Shown piece by piece: positions 38,611 through 48,387 of a DNA stretch of 64,000 bases. Position 1 is the first letter of the stretch. The number at the start of each line of letters is the position of its first letter. Location of the stretch: contig KI543222.1 in NCBI GenBank assembly GCA_000496235.1, positions 26,942-90,941 of the forward strand, given 5' to 3'. Origin of the DNA: an uncultured archaeon A07HR60. Its GTDB lineage: Archaea > Halobacteriota > Halobacteria > Halobacteriales > Haloferacaceae. The notes under the pieces are model-generated. The model did not search any database, had not been told where the DNA came from, and was given only the letters and a program-made list of their open reading frames with translations. The position numbers and the translations under genes were made by a program.

Positions 38611-40056
38611 TCAGGGATATCTGGGCTCGAAGTAGTCGCGAAATTCGGCTCCGAAATCCGTCGCCAACTCGGCCACACCATCTCCAGCAATCACGTCGCG
38701 GTCCTCAACGCAGGCTGTCAGGCTTGCTCCCAGACTGACATCCATTACAGCTGCGCTCTCAAGGAATGAAACGGCGTCCGTGAACTCCCGGGAGCGCTCA
38801 ACGACGTATCGGTCTGCCTGGATGAGCGGGCCGTACGCCCCCGCAGAGCCGGAGACAGGGTCTGCAGCTCTGTTATCACTGTCTGAATCAGCGGTGGGTT
38901 CGCCACCGGTCGCACTGTCGGTACCGTGCGCGGGCGTATCACTCGCGTACGTTTGGTAGAATTCCTGCGCGTGTTCACGAACGGCTACCGGTGGACCTTC
39001 GTGATATTCGATCTGTGGCCGACTGGCGACGCTCAACTCAAAAAACAGGACCGCCTGCTCACCCACCATTGCCCGCGACCGGACCACTTCGAACCCGTGC
39101 GCCTCAAGACCGTCATGGATCCCAGACAGCGACTTCCGCAGCTGTGGCCACAGTTCGTCGGGAACCAGGTCAGGCGGGTCAAGCCGCACGGCGACTGGAG
39201 TCGTCCCCCGGCGCCGCAGGTGTGTCTGGACTGCCGGAGGGTCCAGCGGTGCACGATCTGGCGGGAAGAATCGCTCTGTGGTAGGTGTATCCAGGAACGC
39301 GCGGGCGTGGTGTTGGAGCCGAGCGACGTTGCTGGCGACACAGACGGCTGCCACGTTGCGCTCGGGGTCAGTCGGGTCGATAACGACCAGCGGATCGTTG
39401 AAGCTGGTAGTCCCGTGTGCCTCCGGGTCGAGTCTGATTGGTGGCGTCCAGTCGGCGGCCGCCTCGAGAAGCGAGACGAAGCCGCCGTACTCGAGGGTTA
39501 GCAACTCCGTCAGATACCCCGAGTACCCGCGCGTCTTGAGATCACTCCCGTATGCGCCAATCCCTGTGAGAAACTGCTTAGCGAGACGCACTTCGTTCGC
39601 TATCTCGTCGTCAAGCCGGTCGTGAAGATACGCGGTGTGAAACGGGGTTCGGTCGACGGATGACCGGATCTCTGTGGCCGCTGCCACGTCAAAACAGCCG
39701 ACGAGATCAACGTCAAAACCCGCGTACTCTCCGGTGACGTACGGGTGTTCGGCGTACTCTTCTCGCCCGTCAGGCAGAATCTCGTGGCCCACGGTCAGTC
39801 CATGTCGTTCGAGGGTCTGTGAATCGAGATCAGGTGGGAAGCGCACGAACAGATCGATATCGCGATCGCCCGCCAGCCAGGTGCTGCGGGCAGTCGAGCC
39901 TGCCCGCAAAACGTCAGCATCGACCGGGAGTTCGTCAATCGCCTCGCCGGCTCGTCTTTCGAGTTCGCTGGCAGCCGCTTCAAGTTGTTCACGTTCGTCG
40001 GCATCAGGCTGCACCCGGCCGCGCACAGCCTCCAGAACCGCCGACAGCTGACTCAT
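38611..40056 (-). CDS. cca: CCA-adding tRNA nucleotidyltransferase (archaeal class I)
   Basis: RAGSTARSTWLAGDRDIDLFVRFP nucleotidyltransferase motif and archaeal CCA body. Confidence 0.8.
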   Translation of the reverse strand: MSQLSAVLEAVRGRVQPDADEREQLEAAASELERRAGEAIDELPVDADVLRAGSTARSTWLAGDRDIDLFVRFPPDLDSQTLERHGLTVGHEILPDGREEYAEHPYVTGEYAGFDVDLVGCFDVAAATEIRSSVDRTPFHTAYLHDRLDDEIANEVRLAKQFLTGIGAYGSDLKTRGYSGYLTELLTLEYGGFVSLLEAAADWTPPIRLDPEAHGTTSFNDPLVVIDPTDPERNVAAVCVASNVARLQHHARAFLDTPTTERFFPPDRAPLDPPAVQTHLRRRGTTPVAVRLDPPDLVPDELWPQLRKSLSGIHDGLEAHGFEVVRSRAMVGEQAVLFFELSVASRPQIEYHEGPPVAVREHAQEFYQTYASDTPAHGTDSATGGEPTADSDSDNRAADPVSGSAGAYGPLIQADRYVVERSREFTDAVSFLESAAVMDVSLGASLTACVEDRDVIAGDGVAELATDFGAEFRDYFEPRYP

Positions 40057-40187
40057 AGCCTAAGATTCCCGCCGTTCGGTGGAAAGCGTATCGGTCGGGG
40101 CCCCGTCTCACGGTGCCAAATCGCCAGCCGCACTGGCAGGGGGAAACGAAAGCCATATGAAATTCACTGGAATATCATGATATGGAA

Positions 40188-40260
40188 GCCGGAGTAGCTC
40201 AGTTGGTAGAGCGCCTCGCTGTTAACGAGGCGGTCCCAGGTTCGAGTCCTGGCTCTGGCG
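40188..40260 (+). tRNA. tRNA-Asn (anticodon GUU)
   Basis: Hand-folded: GCCGGAG acceptor, CCTCG-CTGTTAA-CGAGG, CCAGG-TTCGAGT-CCTGG. Confidence 0.85.
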
Positions 40261-40451
40261 CACTCCTTTCCGTACAGCCGCGTAGAACTCGTAGCCGATC
40301 GCTCGTCGTGTCGAGGAACGCAATCATCAAACCGACGCTGACGCAGACTTCGGTCAAGGGTTGGGGCCGAACCCAGACAAGAGGTCAGGCTGTACTCTCA
40401 GCATTTGGAAAACGAAACACCTTCCCCGTCCGGTGTGAAGATTTTCCTAGA

Positions 40452-40555
40452 GGGCCCTTAGCTCAGTCTGGTCCAGAGCACCCGGCTCATATCGGTTCCC
40501 GGACACGGGGCCGTGGGACACCGGGCGGTCGCTGGTTCGAATCCTGCAGGGCCCA
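40452..40555 (+). tRNA. tRNA with CAU anticodon (Met or Ile2) carrying a 28-nt intron at 40492-40519
   Basis: Acceptor GGGCCCT/AGGGCCC. The anticodon stem CCCGG...CCGGG is interrupted after CTCATA. T arm GCTGG-TTCGAAT-CCTGC has one T-T mismatch. Confidence 0.75.
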
Positions 40556-40563
40556 ATTCGGCT

Positions 40564-43020
40564 GTGATTGCACGCATCCGAGGATCGGCAGCTCTTCTTG
40601 TGGTTATGGGGTTGATGATTACGGCTGTCGTCGCGGGTGGGATAGCGGCCGGGCAGCCAGTGTCGACAGTAGATCGGAATTCTACACTCGAGAATGGAGC
40701 CACCGACCAACTCAAAGCAGTCACATCAATAACGAAACCACCGATCCCGGTCACGGCCGCCTCCGATTCGGTAAGCGGAGCCCCCAAGCGACAGACAACG
40801 CCGAGCAACGGGACGGAGACAATTGACCCAGTCGTGTTTGATTCGGCGGCCAGTCTCCTCGGCGAGGACGATCAGCCACTAGACGAGGAGTCGGCCGTCG
40901 TCGTCCGGACGGAACCTACCGCGAGGAACAGAGATGAAGACGGGAACGGCGACGCAGTGTCGTATGCAGAACAGCAGCGACTCCCCGTCGTGGCGGTCGA
41001 TGAGACAGTGGTCGGTGTAACCGGCCCGTTCGTCACGAGCAATACTGATTTTGCGAATTTTGGAAACGAGGAACTCCTGTTGAATATCTACGATGAGCTT
41101 CTGGGCGGGAGTGGCACCATTCTTCACGACGAAGGCCACGGGCAGTATTACACACTCTCAGAAAACAACGGAAACGACTTCCGACAGTTTGCGGACTACG
41201 CTGAGACCAACGGGTACACATATCGATCCACGACCGATTTTCAGGCAGAACTTGGAGACGCCGATGCCGTTGTCATCACATCTCCGAGTCGAGCGTTCAC
41301 CGATACCGAGCTGGCCGCGCTGAAGAAGTTCGTCGCTGACGGCGGGGTGGTCGTGCTTCATCATCAGTCAGACTTTCGCGATTTTGACGAAACGGCCAAT
41401 CTCGACGAGATCGCGGCTGCCGTCGATGTGTCATTCCGGTTCAACGACGACCAGATCTACGACACCGGCAACAATGCCGGCGCGTCGTATCGTCCGGTGA
41501 CCTCGGAGTTCGACCGTGAGGCCGGGAGCTACTTCACAGAGCGAGACGGGCTTGGACTCGAACTGACGGCGGCAGAAACCTACGAAGTAGAGGTGATTGA
41601 TGTCGCCGACGGGGATACGATCGATGTCCGGTTCACGGATGGGACCGTCGAAACGGTGCGTCTCGTCGGGATCGACACACCAGAGACTGGAGACACCGAC
41701 GAGCGGGCTGCAGAATACGAGTGGATCAAGGACGAGACAGCGTTGAAAGCGAAAGGCGAGGCGGCGACCGCTTACGCTGTCGACCGTCTCAAAGGCGAAA
41801 CAGTCACTCTCTCGTTCGACGAGAACGGCAAGCTTCGCGGAGACTTCGGCCGGCTTTTGGGAATTATCGAACTGTCCGACGGGACGACGTACAACGAAGC
41901 TGTCGTCACGGCCGGCCTGGCGCGGGTGTACGACTCGGGATTCAGCAGCCACGATGAATACTGGAGTCTGGAGGCGGAGGCCAGAGCCGCGGGCCGCGGA
42001 ATCTGGGCGTTATCAGACCCAGCCGCAACGGCAGAGATCCGAGACCGGCCCGTAGAGCAACTCGCCTTCCCGACACCCGTCGCCGTAACCGGGTCGACCG
42101 TCCCCGTGCGAGCCGAGACCGGTGAACCGCTCGTCGCGGTAGACACGGACGCGAACGTGGCCGTCATCGGTGGCCCGATTATCGACGAGACTCTCGTGCG
42201 CGAGGAAGGTGGTCCCGGGATCGAGGGCTACGGCAACTACCCATTCTTCACCAACGTGATCGACCATATCCGACGAGAGACTGCAGGAGAGGGACAACCC
42301 CGAACCGGGCCCGTCGTAATCGACGGCGGTCACGGCCAGTTCGCGGCTGGATTCGCAGTCTCCGCGGAGGATAGTGTTCATTACATGCGGTATCTCGAAG
42401 GGCAGTCGGCCGGAAGCGGCCGCATAACCGGGCTCGAAGGAGCAGTCACTCTCACGGGTGAAGCCGGGCCCGCGATCGTCGAGGACGGTGCCCCGGTTGC
42501 ACGGGCGGTGATCGTCTCGACACCCACGGCCGAGTTGACCGCCGAGGAACGAGCTACGTTGGTCAAATTCGCCGACGTCGGTGGGGCGGTCGTCCTCGTG
42601 GGCAGTGCCGTCAATACTGAGCATCTCGACAATTTTGACCCACTGATCGAAGTATTGGGCGCAGACGTCGGCTTCACCACCGTCCCCGTCACCGACGAGG
42701 AGAACAATCTGGCAGGCAATCCGTCCACCCCCACAACATCCAATTTCGAAGACAGCGATTCCGCGCTGTTCGAACCGGTCACACCCGCCGATGAGACCGA
42801 ACACACCACCACACCTGGTGAGGGCGATGAGACTGATATTGGGATGAAGACCGAGACAGAAGCCGGAAGTGAGACTGACGAGACCAGCGAGACGGTCACA
42901 ACCTCCAAATCCACGCCGGCTTCTGAAGATCAGGCTGACAGTATTCCCGGCTTCGGTCCGCCTATCGCCGTGGTCGCCATCGTCACAACAGCTGTGTTGC
43001 TGCGGCGGTTAGACCGCTAA
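40564..43020 (+). CDS. secreted, PGF-CTERM-anchored staphylococcal-nuclease (SNase/thermonuclease) domain protein flanked by two DUF4350-like domains
   Basis: VIDVADGDTIDVRFTDGTVETVRLVGIDTPE ... GRLLG ... RGIWA. C-terminus DSIPGFGPPIAVVAIVTTAVLLRRLDR. Start is GTG 40564 or ATG 40606; the longer ORF overlaps the tRNA. Confidence 0.75.
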   Translation: MIARIRGSAALLVVMGLMITAVVAGGIAAGQPVSTVDRNSTLENGATDQLKAVTSITKPPIPVTAASDSVSGAPKRQTTPSNGTETIDPVVFDSAASLLGEDDQPLDEESAVVVRTEPTARNRDEDGNGDAVSYAEQQRLPVVAVDETVVGVTGPFVTSNTDFANFGNEELLLNIYDELLGGSGTILHDEGHGQYYTLSENNGNDFRQFADYAETNGYTYRSTTDFQAELGDADAVVITSPSRAFTDTELAALKKFVADGGVVVLHHQSDFRDFDETANLDEIAAAVDVSFRFNDDQIYDTGNNAGASYRPVTSEFDREAGSYFTERDGLGLELTAAETYEVEVIDVADGDTIDVRFTDGTVETVRLVGIDTPETGDTDERAAEYEWIKDETALKAKGEAATAYAVDRLKGETVTLSFDENGKLRGDFGRLLGIIELSDGTTYNEAVVTAGLARVYDSGFSSHDEYWSLEAEARAAGRGIWALSDPAATAEIRDRPVEQLAFPTPVAVTGSTVPVRAETGEPLVAVDTDANVAVIGGPIIDETLVREEGGPGIEGYGNYPFFTNVIDHIRRETAGEGQPRTGPVVIDGGHGQFAAGFAVSAEDSVHYMRYLEGQSAGSGRITGLEGAVTLTGEAGPAIVEDGAPVARAVIVSTPTAELTAEERATLVKFADVGGAVVLVGSAVNTEHLDNFDPLIEVLGADVGFTTVPVTDEENNLAGNPSTPTTSNFEDSDSALFEPVTPADETEHTTTPGEGDETDIGMKTETEAGSETDETSETVTTSKSTPASEDQADSIPGFGPPIAVVAIVTTAVLLRRLDR

Positions 43021-43074
43021 GAGAAATTGTGTTCCGACTCCCCGTTCCGGCCACTCGGGACGTCGTCGCACAAA

Positions 43075-44349
43075 TCAGGCGAGATCGTCGCTCTCGGGGA
43101 CAGTGCTGACCTCGGCGGTGAGCCCAGCATCACGGAGGCGGCTCGCGAGTGGTCCGCCGATCCCAGAAGCCGGCGTGAGAACGCCCCCGCTGAACGGAGA
43201 GTCCGTGTCGCCGGTCACCAGCGCCATGGCGGACTCACTGAGCATCCGGGAGGTCGCACCGTATCCCGGATCCAGATCGGCCCCAATCTGGCTTTCGACG
43301 GTAAACGGGCCGTTCGCGGCCATCCCACGGCCCAGGACACGAACGGTGAAATGGCCCTCTTTGGTTTCTGCTTTCGAGGGTCCCTCGCCAGGGTCAGGGA
43401 AGAGATATCGCTGCATCGCCGACCGGACTGGTGCGCGCGCTAATCCCGCGAACACAGCGCCCAGTCCCGCCGCCACTGCCCCCGCGGCCGCTGCGCCGCC
43501 AGGCCCGTCTCCAGTCGGAATCACCTCTGTACAGCGGAAATCGCGTCCCCAGGGGTAGTTCAACAGCGCGTTACTCCGCCGGACGACACGCTCGTTCACA
43601 ACTGCCATCGGTGACGGGGCCGTCCAGCCAGAGCGGAGACTCGCCCGCTGAGGCCGGCGCTGGGCTCCCGAGTCGGGGCCGTGACGCTCTTCGACTGGCG
43701 CCAGCGAGTAGGGGTTACTGAGAGCTTCCCTGGCGCGAGGGTCCGTCGACGCGGCCTCGAACAGTGCTGCCGCACTCGCGAGGGTGCCGCCACTGAAACT
43801 CCCGTTTCCGTCCTCCAGATAGATCTGCACCACGTCACACGGCCCCCCGAACTCGCGGATGGCGTGTGACTGCACCAGAAGCGTCCCGAGATCCGCCGGA
43901 ATCGAGTCGAATCCACAACTGTGGATGATCCGCGCGCCACGATTTGTCGCCCGTTCGTGAAACCGGTCGATCATCTCTCGCACCCAGTTCACCTCGCCGG
44001 TGAGGTCACAGTAGTCCGTTCCCGCCTCGATACACGCCTCTACCAGCGGCGTCCCGTATTCCGTGTACGGGCCGACTGTCGAGCAGATGACACGCGTCTG
44101 TGACGCGATTGCACGGAGCCGCTCGGGATCGGTCGCATCTCCCAGAATGAGTGGGATATCGTCCCACGAGTCTGCCTCGTCGACGGCGTCGGCCTCGACG
44201 GCTCGGAGCCGCTCTTCATTTCGTCCGCCGAGACATACCGACAACTCCTCAGGCGTGTACTGTTCGGTAAGGTAGTCGGCGACCAGTCGCCCGGCGACTC
44301 CGGTCGCCCCCCACACCACGAGATCGTACTGACGGTTCGCACTGGACAC
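43075..44349 (-). CDS. saccharopine dehydrogenase-like NAD(P)-binding oxidoreductase
   Basis: YDLVVWGATGVAGRLVADYL N-terminal Rossmann motif. Confidence 0.6.
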   Translation of the reverse strand: MSSANRQYDLVVWGATGVAGRLVADYLTEQYTPEELSVCLGGRNEERLRAVEADAVDEADSWDDIPLILGDATDPERLRAIASQTRVICSTVGPYTEYGTPLVEACIEAGTDYCDLTGEVNWVREMIDRFHERATNRGARIIHSCGFDSIPADLGTLLVQSHAIREFGGPCDVVQIYLEDGNGSFSGGTLASAAALFEAASTDPRAREALSNPYSLAPVEERHGPDSGAQRRPQRASLRSGWTAPSPMAVVNERVVRRSNALLNYPWGRDFRCTEVIPTGDGPGGAAAAGAVAAGLGAVFAGLARAPVRSAMQRYLFPDPGEGPSKAETKEGHFTVRVLGRGMAANGPFTVESQIGADLDPGYGATSRMLSESAMALVTGDTDSPFSGGVLTPASGIGGPLASRLRDAGLTAEVSTVPESDDLA

Positions 44350-44560
44350 GGATTATTCAGACTCAGGTGCCCGTGATATCAATGGCTTGTGGTGTTGGCT
44401 CGACCAATCAGACCCTGGGTTCTCCTCGTTTCCTGTCGTCGCACCCATGAGTCGGGTGGGCCGCGTTACACTCGCGCGGCCGGTATCGCTCCTGAAAGCG
44501 GCGCCCGCGCTCTCGTCCGGTAGCTGTCAGTGGCTTAAGAATAATCACTCGCAGATAATC

Positions 44561-44610
44561 GACTTCCTTCCCGGGCTGACGCGTGAAGCCTCCGCTCGGT
44601 ATCCGTCACT
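44561..44610 (+). repeat. hairpin module, degenerate A/A2 type
   Basis: GACTTCCTTCCCGGGCTGACGCGTGAAGCCTCCGCTCGGTATCCGTCACTGC. The tail matches GTTATCCGTCACTGC of the copy at 10696-10741. Confidence 0.4.
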
Positions 44611-44633
44611 GCGTCTGGAAGGTTGCTCCGGGC

Positions 44634-44867
44634 TCAGACGGGGGTATCTTCTGCGACTGCACCGGCGTCAGGGATCTGTTCGTGGGTGTGGTGGTAGAAT
44701 TCGACGTGGGCGTGTCCGTCCTGCGAGACGGGATTGAAACACACGCGGTGGAATCGCGGGTTCTTATAGAGGTTTACCATGAGCCCGTCACGATGGACCG
44801 AGACGGACTCATACTCATGCCCGCACGCAGGGCAGCCGTTCCCACTACCATCGTCAAAGTCTGTCAC
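44634..44867 (-). CDS. small CPxCG-type zinc-finger protein
   Basis: CPACGH plus downstream His/Cys. 77 aa, acidic. Confidence 0.45.
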   Translation of the reverse strand: MTDFDDGSGNGCPACGHEYESVSVHRDGLMVNLYKNPRFHRVCFNPVSQDGHAHVEFYHHTHEQIPDAGAVAEDTPV

Positions 44868-45061
44868 AGTATCACCAATGAAACGGCTTTTCTAAACAAT
44901 TGTGATGATAACACGAGATGGGCAGGCCCACGGCGGGTGAGGAATCTCGCAGCGATGGAGACACCGCTGTGTGGTGACTGAGAGCGTACGGGAGTTAGAC
45001 GCCGACAGAGGGCTCTGAGAATTGCTGTCAGTTCGGGCGGTTAGACTGGTACCGAAACCTA

Positions 45062-46291
45062 TTGACGCCCGCACGGCTTGTCAGAAACTGTCCTGTGACA
45101 GAACCCGCCAGTCCCACACCACCGTCTGAGCGGATCGTCAGTCTCGACGCACTGCGGGGGGTCGCCCTCCTCGGGATTCTCATCATCAACGTCCGCGTGT
45201 TCGCGATGCCAGAGGCGACGCTGCTGAACCCGACGGTGTACGGTGACTTCTCCGGAGCGAACTATTGGGTGTGGCTCCTCGGTCACGTGTTCGCGCAGTC
45301 GAAATTCATCACCGTGTTTTCCGCGCTGTTTGGTGCCGGGGTGTTACTGTTCATCGACAGCAAACGCGAGAAAGGCCAGCCGGCTGTCAGACTGCAACTT
45401 CGGCGGACGGCAATCTTGATTGCGATCGGTCTCTTACACGCGTATCTTCTGTGGTACGGTGATGTTCTCGTCGCCTACGGATTCACCGGCTTGTTCCTCG
45501 TCGCAGTCCGTCACCTCGAGGCGAGTCAGCTCGCAAAATTAGGTGTGTTGTTCCTGTGTTTCGTCCCCGTGGTTGAGCTATCGACGGCGCTCACGGTGGG
45601 TGGTGACGCGATTGCGGGACAGTGGGCGCCCGCCGAGGCGGCACTCCAGCAGGAAGTGGCGACCTACCGCGGCGGCTATCTCGAGCAATTCAATCATCGC
45701 GTTCCCACCTCGCTGGCACGACAGACCGCGTCGTTCGTCGGGGCGACGTTCTGGCGGGTCGGCGGCGTGATGCTGTTGGGGATGGCGCTGTACCGGTGGG
45801 GCGTGTTGACCGGCGAGCGATCCCAACAATTGTATCGTCGACTGATCGGCGGTGGCGTACTCGGAGTCGGAATTGTCCTTGCTGGCGTCGTATACATCGA
45901 ACAGAACGACTGGAGCGCTGGAGCAGCGCTGTTTTGGCGGCAATTCAATTATTGGGGGAGTCTTCTCGTCGCTGGCGGCTACGTGGGAGTGGTGACTCTG
46001 TACGCGCGCCGCCGCCCAAACGGGCCGATTACCCGTGGCTTCGCAGCTGTCGGCCGGACGGCGTTCACCAACTACCTCCTCCAGACCGTCGTGGCGACGT
46101 CAGTGTTCTACGGCCATGGGCTGGGACTGTTCGGCTCTGTGAGCCGAGTCGAAACGATGGGATTCGTCGCCGCCGTCTGGATCGCTCAAATCGTGTTGTC
46201 GGTGCTGTGGCTGCGCAAATTCCGGTTCGGGCCCGTCGAGTGGCTCTGGCGAACGCTGACGTACGGGCAACGACAGCCATTGCGGGCCTGA
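45062..46291 (+). CDS. DUF418 (YeiB-like) membrane protein
   Basis: SLDALRGVALLGILIINV, polytopic, C-terminal GPVEWLWRTLTYGQRQPL. The non-ATG start is uncertain. Confidence 0.7.
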   Translation: MTPARLVRNCPVTEPASPTPPSERIVSLDALRGVALLGILIINVRVFAMPEATLLNPTVYGDFSGANYWVWLLGHVFAQSKFITVFSALFGAGVLLFIDSKREKGQPAVRLQLRRTAILIAIGLLHAYLLWYGDVLVAYGFTGLFLVAVRHLEASQLAKLGVLFLCFVPVVELSTALTVGGDAIAGQWAPAEAALQQEVATYRGGYLEQFNHRVPTSLARQTASFVGATFWRVGGVMLLGMALYRWGVLTGERSQQLYRRLIGGGVLGVGIVLAGVVYIEQNDWSAGAALFWRQFNYWGSLLVAGGYVGVVTLYARRRPNGPITRGFAAVGRTAFTNYLLQTVVATSVFYGHGLGLFGSVSRVETMGFVAAVWIAQIVLSVLWLRKFRFGPVEWLWRTLTYGQRQPLRA

Positions 46292-48033
46292 CTCGCCGTG
46301 TCCTTTCAACACTGACGGAGAGATTTGCCAGACTGATGTCGCACTCTTGGACAGAGTCATCTCGGAGCATTTGTCGAGAGGTGTGCCCGCGAGACTGACC
46401 CGTGGCGGTGTCCTCGTGCCTTCTCTTCGTGATTGAAAAACACATTCTCGGGGATTTATTATCCTTTCCAACTATCTGAGGAACACAACTGGGACCGGGC
46501 TTCCGAGTGCCAGCCGACACAAATGTCAGTACAAACATCTTTTCTCGAGGAACTACTCAACACAGATCAGATCTCCTACGGCGACGCAGACCGGGAGGAA
46601 CGGTCGACTGACTGGGGGACCGACGATGCCGACGGAGTGATGCCAGACGTCGTGGTCTGGCCGGAGTCGACGGCAGACGTTGCGGCAGTCGTGACGGCCG
46701 CGAACGAGCACGAAGTGCCAGTAACACCGTACGCGGCCGGGACGAGTCTGGAGGGCAACGCCGTCCCCGTCGACAATGGGATTACTCTGGATGTGTCCCG
46801 GATGGACACAGTGCTCGAGATTCGCCCCGATGATCTACAGGTGGACGTACAGCCGGGCATTCTTGGTGACGATGTCAATGAGGCAGTCGCTGAAGCCGAC
46901 CTCATGCTTCCCTCACTGCCGGCCTCGGGGTCGATCGCGACCATAGGCGGGATGATCGCTAACGACGCGAGCGGGACCAAGACGGTCAAATACGGTGAGG
47001 TGGCGGACTGGGTACTCGAACTTGAGGTTGTCTTGCCGACCGGCGATGTCGTCACACTCGGGAGTAAAGCGGCAAAAACGTCTGCCGGATACAATCTAAA
47101 GAATCTCATCATTGGGAGCGAAGGGACGCTGGGTGTCGTCACTCGGGCGACATTCGAGTTGACCCCTCGTCCGGAGCAGATCCACGGCGGGCGGGCGATG
47201 TTCGACGATATCGGCGCGGCAACTGCCGCTATCGCCGAGGTAATCCAGTCTGGCATCGATGTCGCCAAAATCGAGTTAATCGACGCGTTCAGTGCGACGG
47301 TGTCGAACGAGTATCTCAACACGTCACATCCGGACGTGCCGATGGTCTTCGTCGAATTTCACGCGGATCACGATATCGTCCGAGAGATTGAGCGCTGCCG
47401 GGCTGTGTTCGACGATCACGATGTCCGGTCATTCGACGTGAGCGAAGCCGGGCCAGAAATGGACGAACTATGGGAGGCACGTGGGAAACTCGCGAAGGCG
47501 TTCGAACCGTACGACCCCGATTTGTCCCCGTTAACGCCCGGTGATATCACCGTCCCGATTAGTCGGTATCCGGATATAATCGATTTCGCCAAGACGCTGA
47601 GTGCCGAGTATGACCTTCCGGTCGCTACGTTCGGACACGCTGGCGATGGAAATGTCCACTACTTTGTGATGGTCGATCCAGACGACCCAGCGTCCGTCGC
47701 AGCTGGTGAGACGGTTTCAAAGCGTCTCGTCGAGCGTACGATCGAATTGGGCGGCACTTCAACTGGCGAACACGGCGTCGGAACCGGCAAACGAGAGTAT
47801 CTCATCAGCGAACACGATTCGTCCACACTCGAGACGATGCAGTCGATCAAACAGACACTCGACCCTCGCGGGATCTTCAATCCAGGAAAGATATTCGTCG
47901 ACGAAACGTAGCTGTGACTCTGAAGCGCATTTTCGGAGAGAGTTGGTCGACCGATTGACTGGTGATGACAGGGCTGAGACCCGCAGAATCCGCGTGTTCG
48001 GCGATTGCTGACCGTAACGGTCCGCCGGTCACG
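46172..48033 (+). repeat. tandem duplication unit 1 (DUF418 3' end + intergenic + FAD oxidase + ~120-nt tail)
   Basis: Collinear with 48034-49901. CDS starts are offset by 1865 nt. Confidence 0.85.
46523..47911 (+). CDS. FAD-linked oxidase, GlcD/D-lactate (D-2-hydroxyacid) dehydrogenase family, copy 1
   Basis: PCMH FAD-binding domain (VVWPESTADVAAVVTAANEHEVPVTPYAAGTSLEGN; GGMIANDASGTKTVKYG) and GHAGDGNVH. Start at MSVQTSF. Confidence 0.8.
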   Translation: MSVQTSFLEELLNTDQISYGDADREERSTDWGTDDADGVMPDVVVWPESTADVAAVVTAANEHEVPVTPYAAGTSLEGNAVPVDNGITLDVSRMDTVLEIRPDDLQVDVQPGILGDDVNEAVAEADLMLPSLPASGSIATIGGMIANDASGTKTVKYGEVADWVLELEVVLPTGDVVTLGSKAAKTSAGYNLKNLIIGSEGTLGVVTRATFELTPRPEQIHGGRAMFDDIGAATAAIAEVIQSGIDVAKIELIDAFSATVSNEYLNTSHPDVPMVFVEFHADHDIVREIERCRAVFDDHDVRSFDVSEAGPEMDELWEARGKLAKAFEPYDPDLSPLTPGDITVPISRYPDIIDFAKTLSAEYDLPVATFGHAGDGNVHYFVMVDPDDPASVAAGETVSKRLVERTIELGGTSTGEHGVGTGKREYLISEHDSSTLETMQSIKQTLDPRGIFNPGKIFVDET

Positions 48034-48034
48034 G

Positions 48035-48153
48035 CCGTTTGGATAGCTCAGATCGTGTTGTCGGTGCTGTGGCTGCACAAATTCCGGTTCAGGTCCATCG
48101 AGTGGCTCTGGCGAACGCTGACGTACGGGCAACGACAGCCGTTGCGGGCCTAA
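48035..48153 (+). pseudogene. orphan duplicated 3' fragment of the DUF418 gene
   Basis: AVWIAQIVLSVLWLHKFRFRSIEWLWRTLTYGQRQPLRA compared with the end of 45062-46291. Confidence 0.8.
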
Positions 48154-48387
48154 CCTACTGTGCTCACTCAACACGAACGGGAGATTTGTCTGACTGATAC
48201 CCCGCTCTCGAGCAGAGTCATCTCGGAGTCGTTTGTCGAGACATCTACCTGGAGACGAACCCGCGAAGAGCGGTGTTCTCGTCCCCTCTTCTTGCGATCG
48301 GGCGGGCCATTCTCGGGGTTTTACATACACTTCCACTCTAATACCAATACGATTAGCACTGGACTTCCGAGTGCTAAGCCGACACAA

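Noticed and set aside
40513-40563. The ORF-track start of the nuclease gene at 40513.
   Set aside because: It lies inside the tRNA-CAU gene. A signal-peptide-like sequence begins at GTG 40564.
48147-48158. GCCTAACCTAC resembles the right half of an iron box upstream of the second FAD oxidase.
   Set aside because: It is only a half-site created by the TAA stop of the relic ORF. The left half does not match, and the first duplicate copy lacks it.
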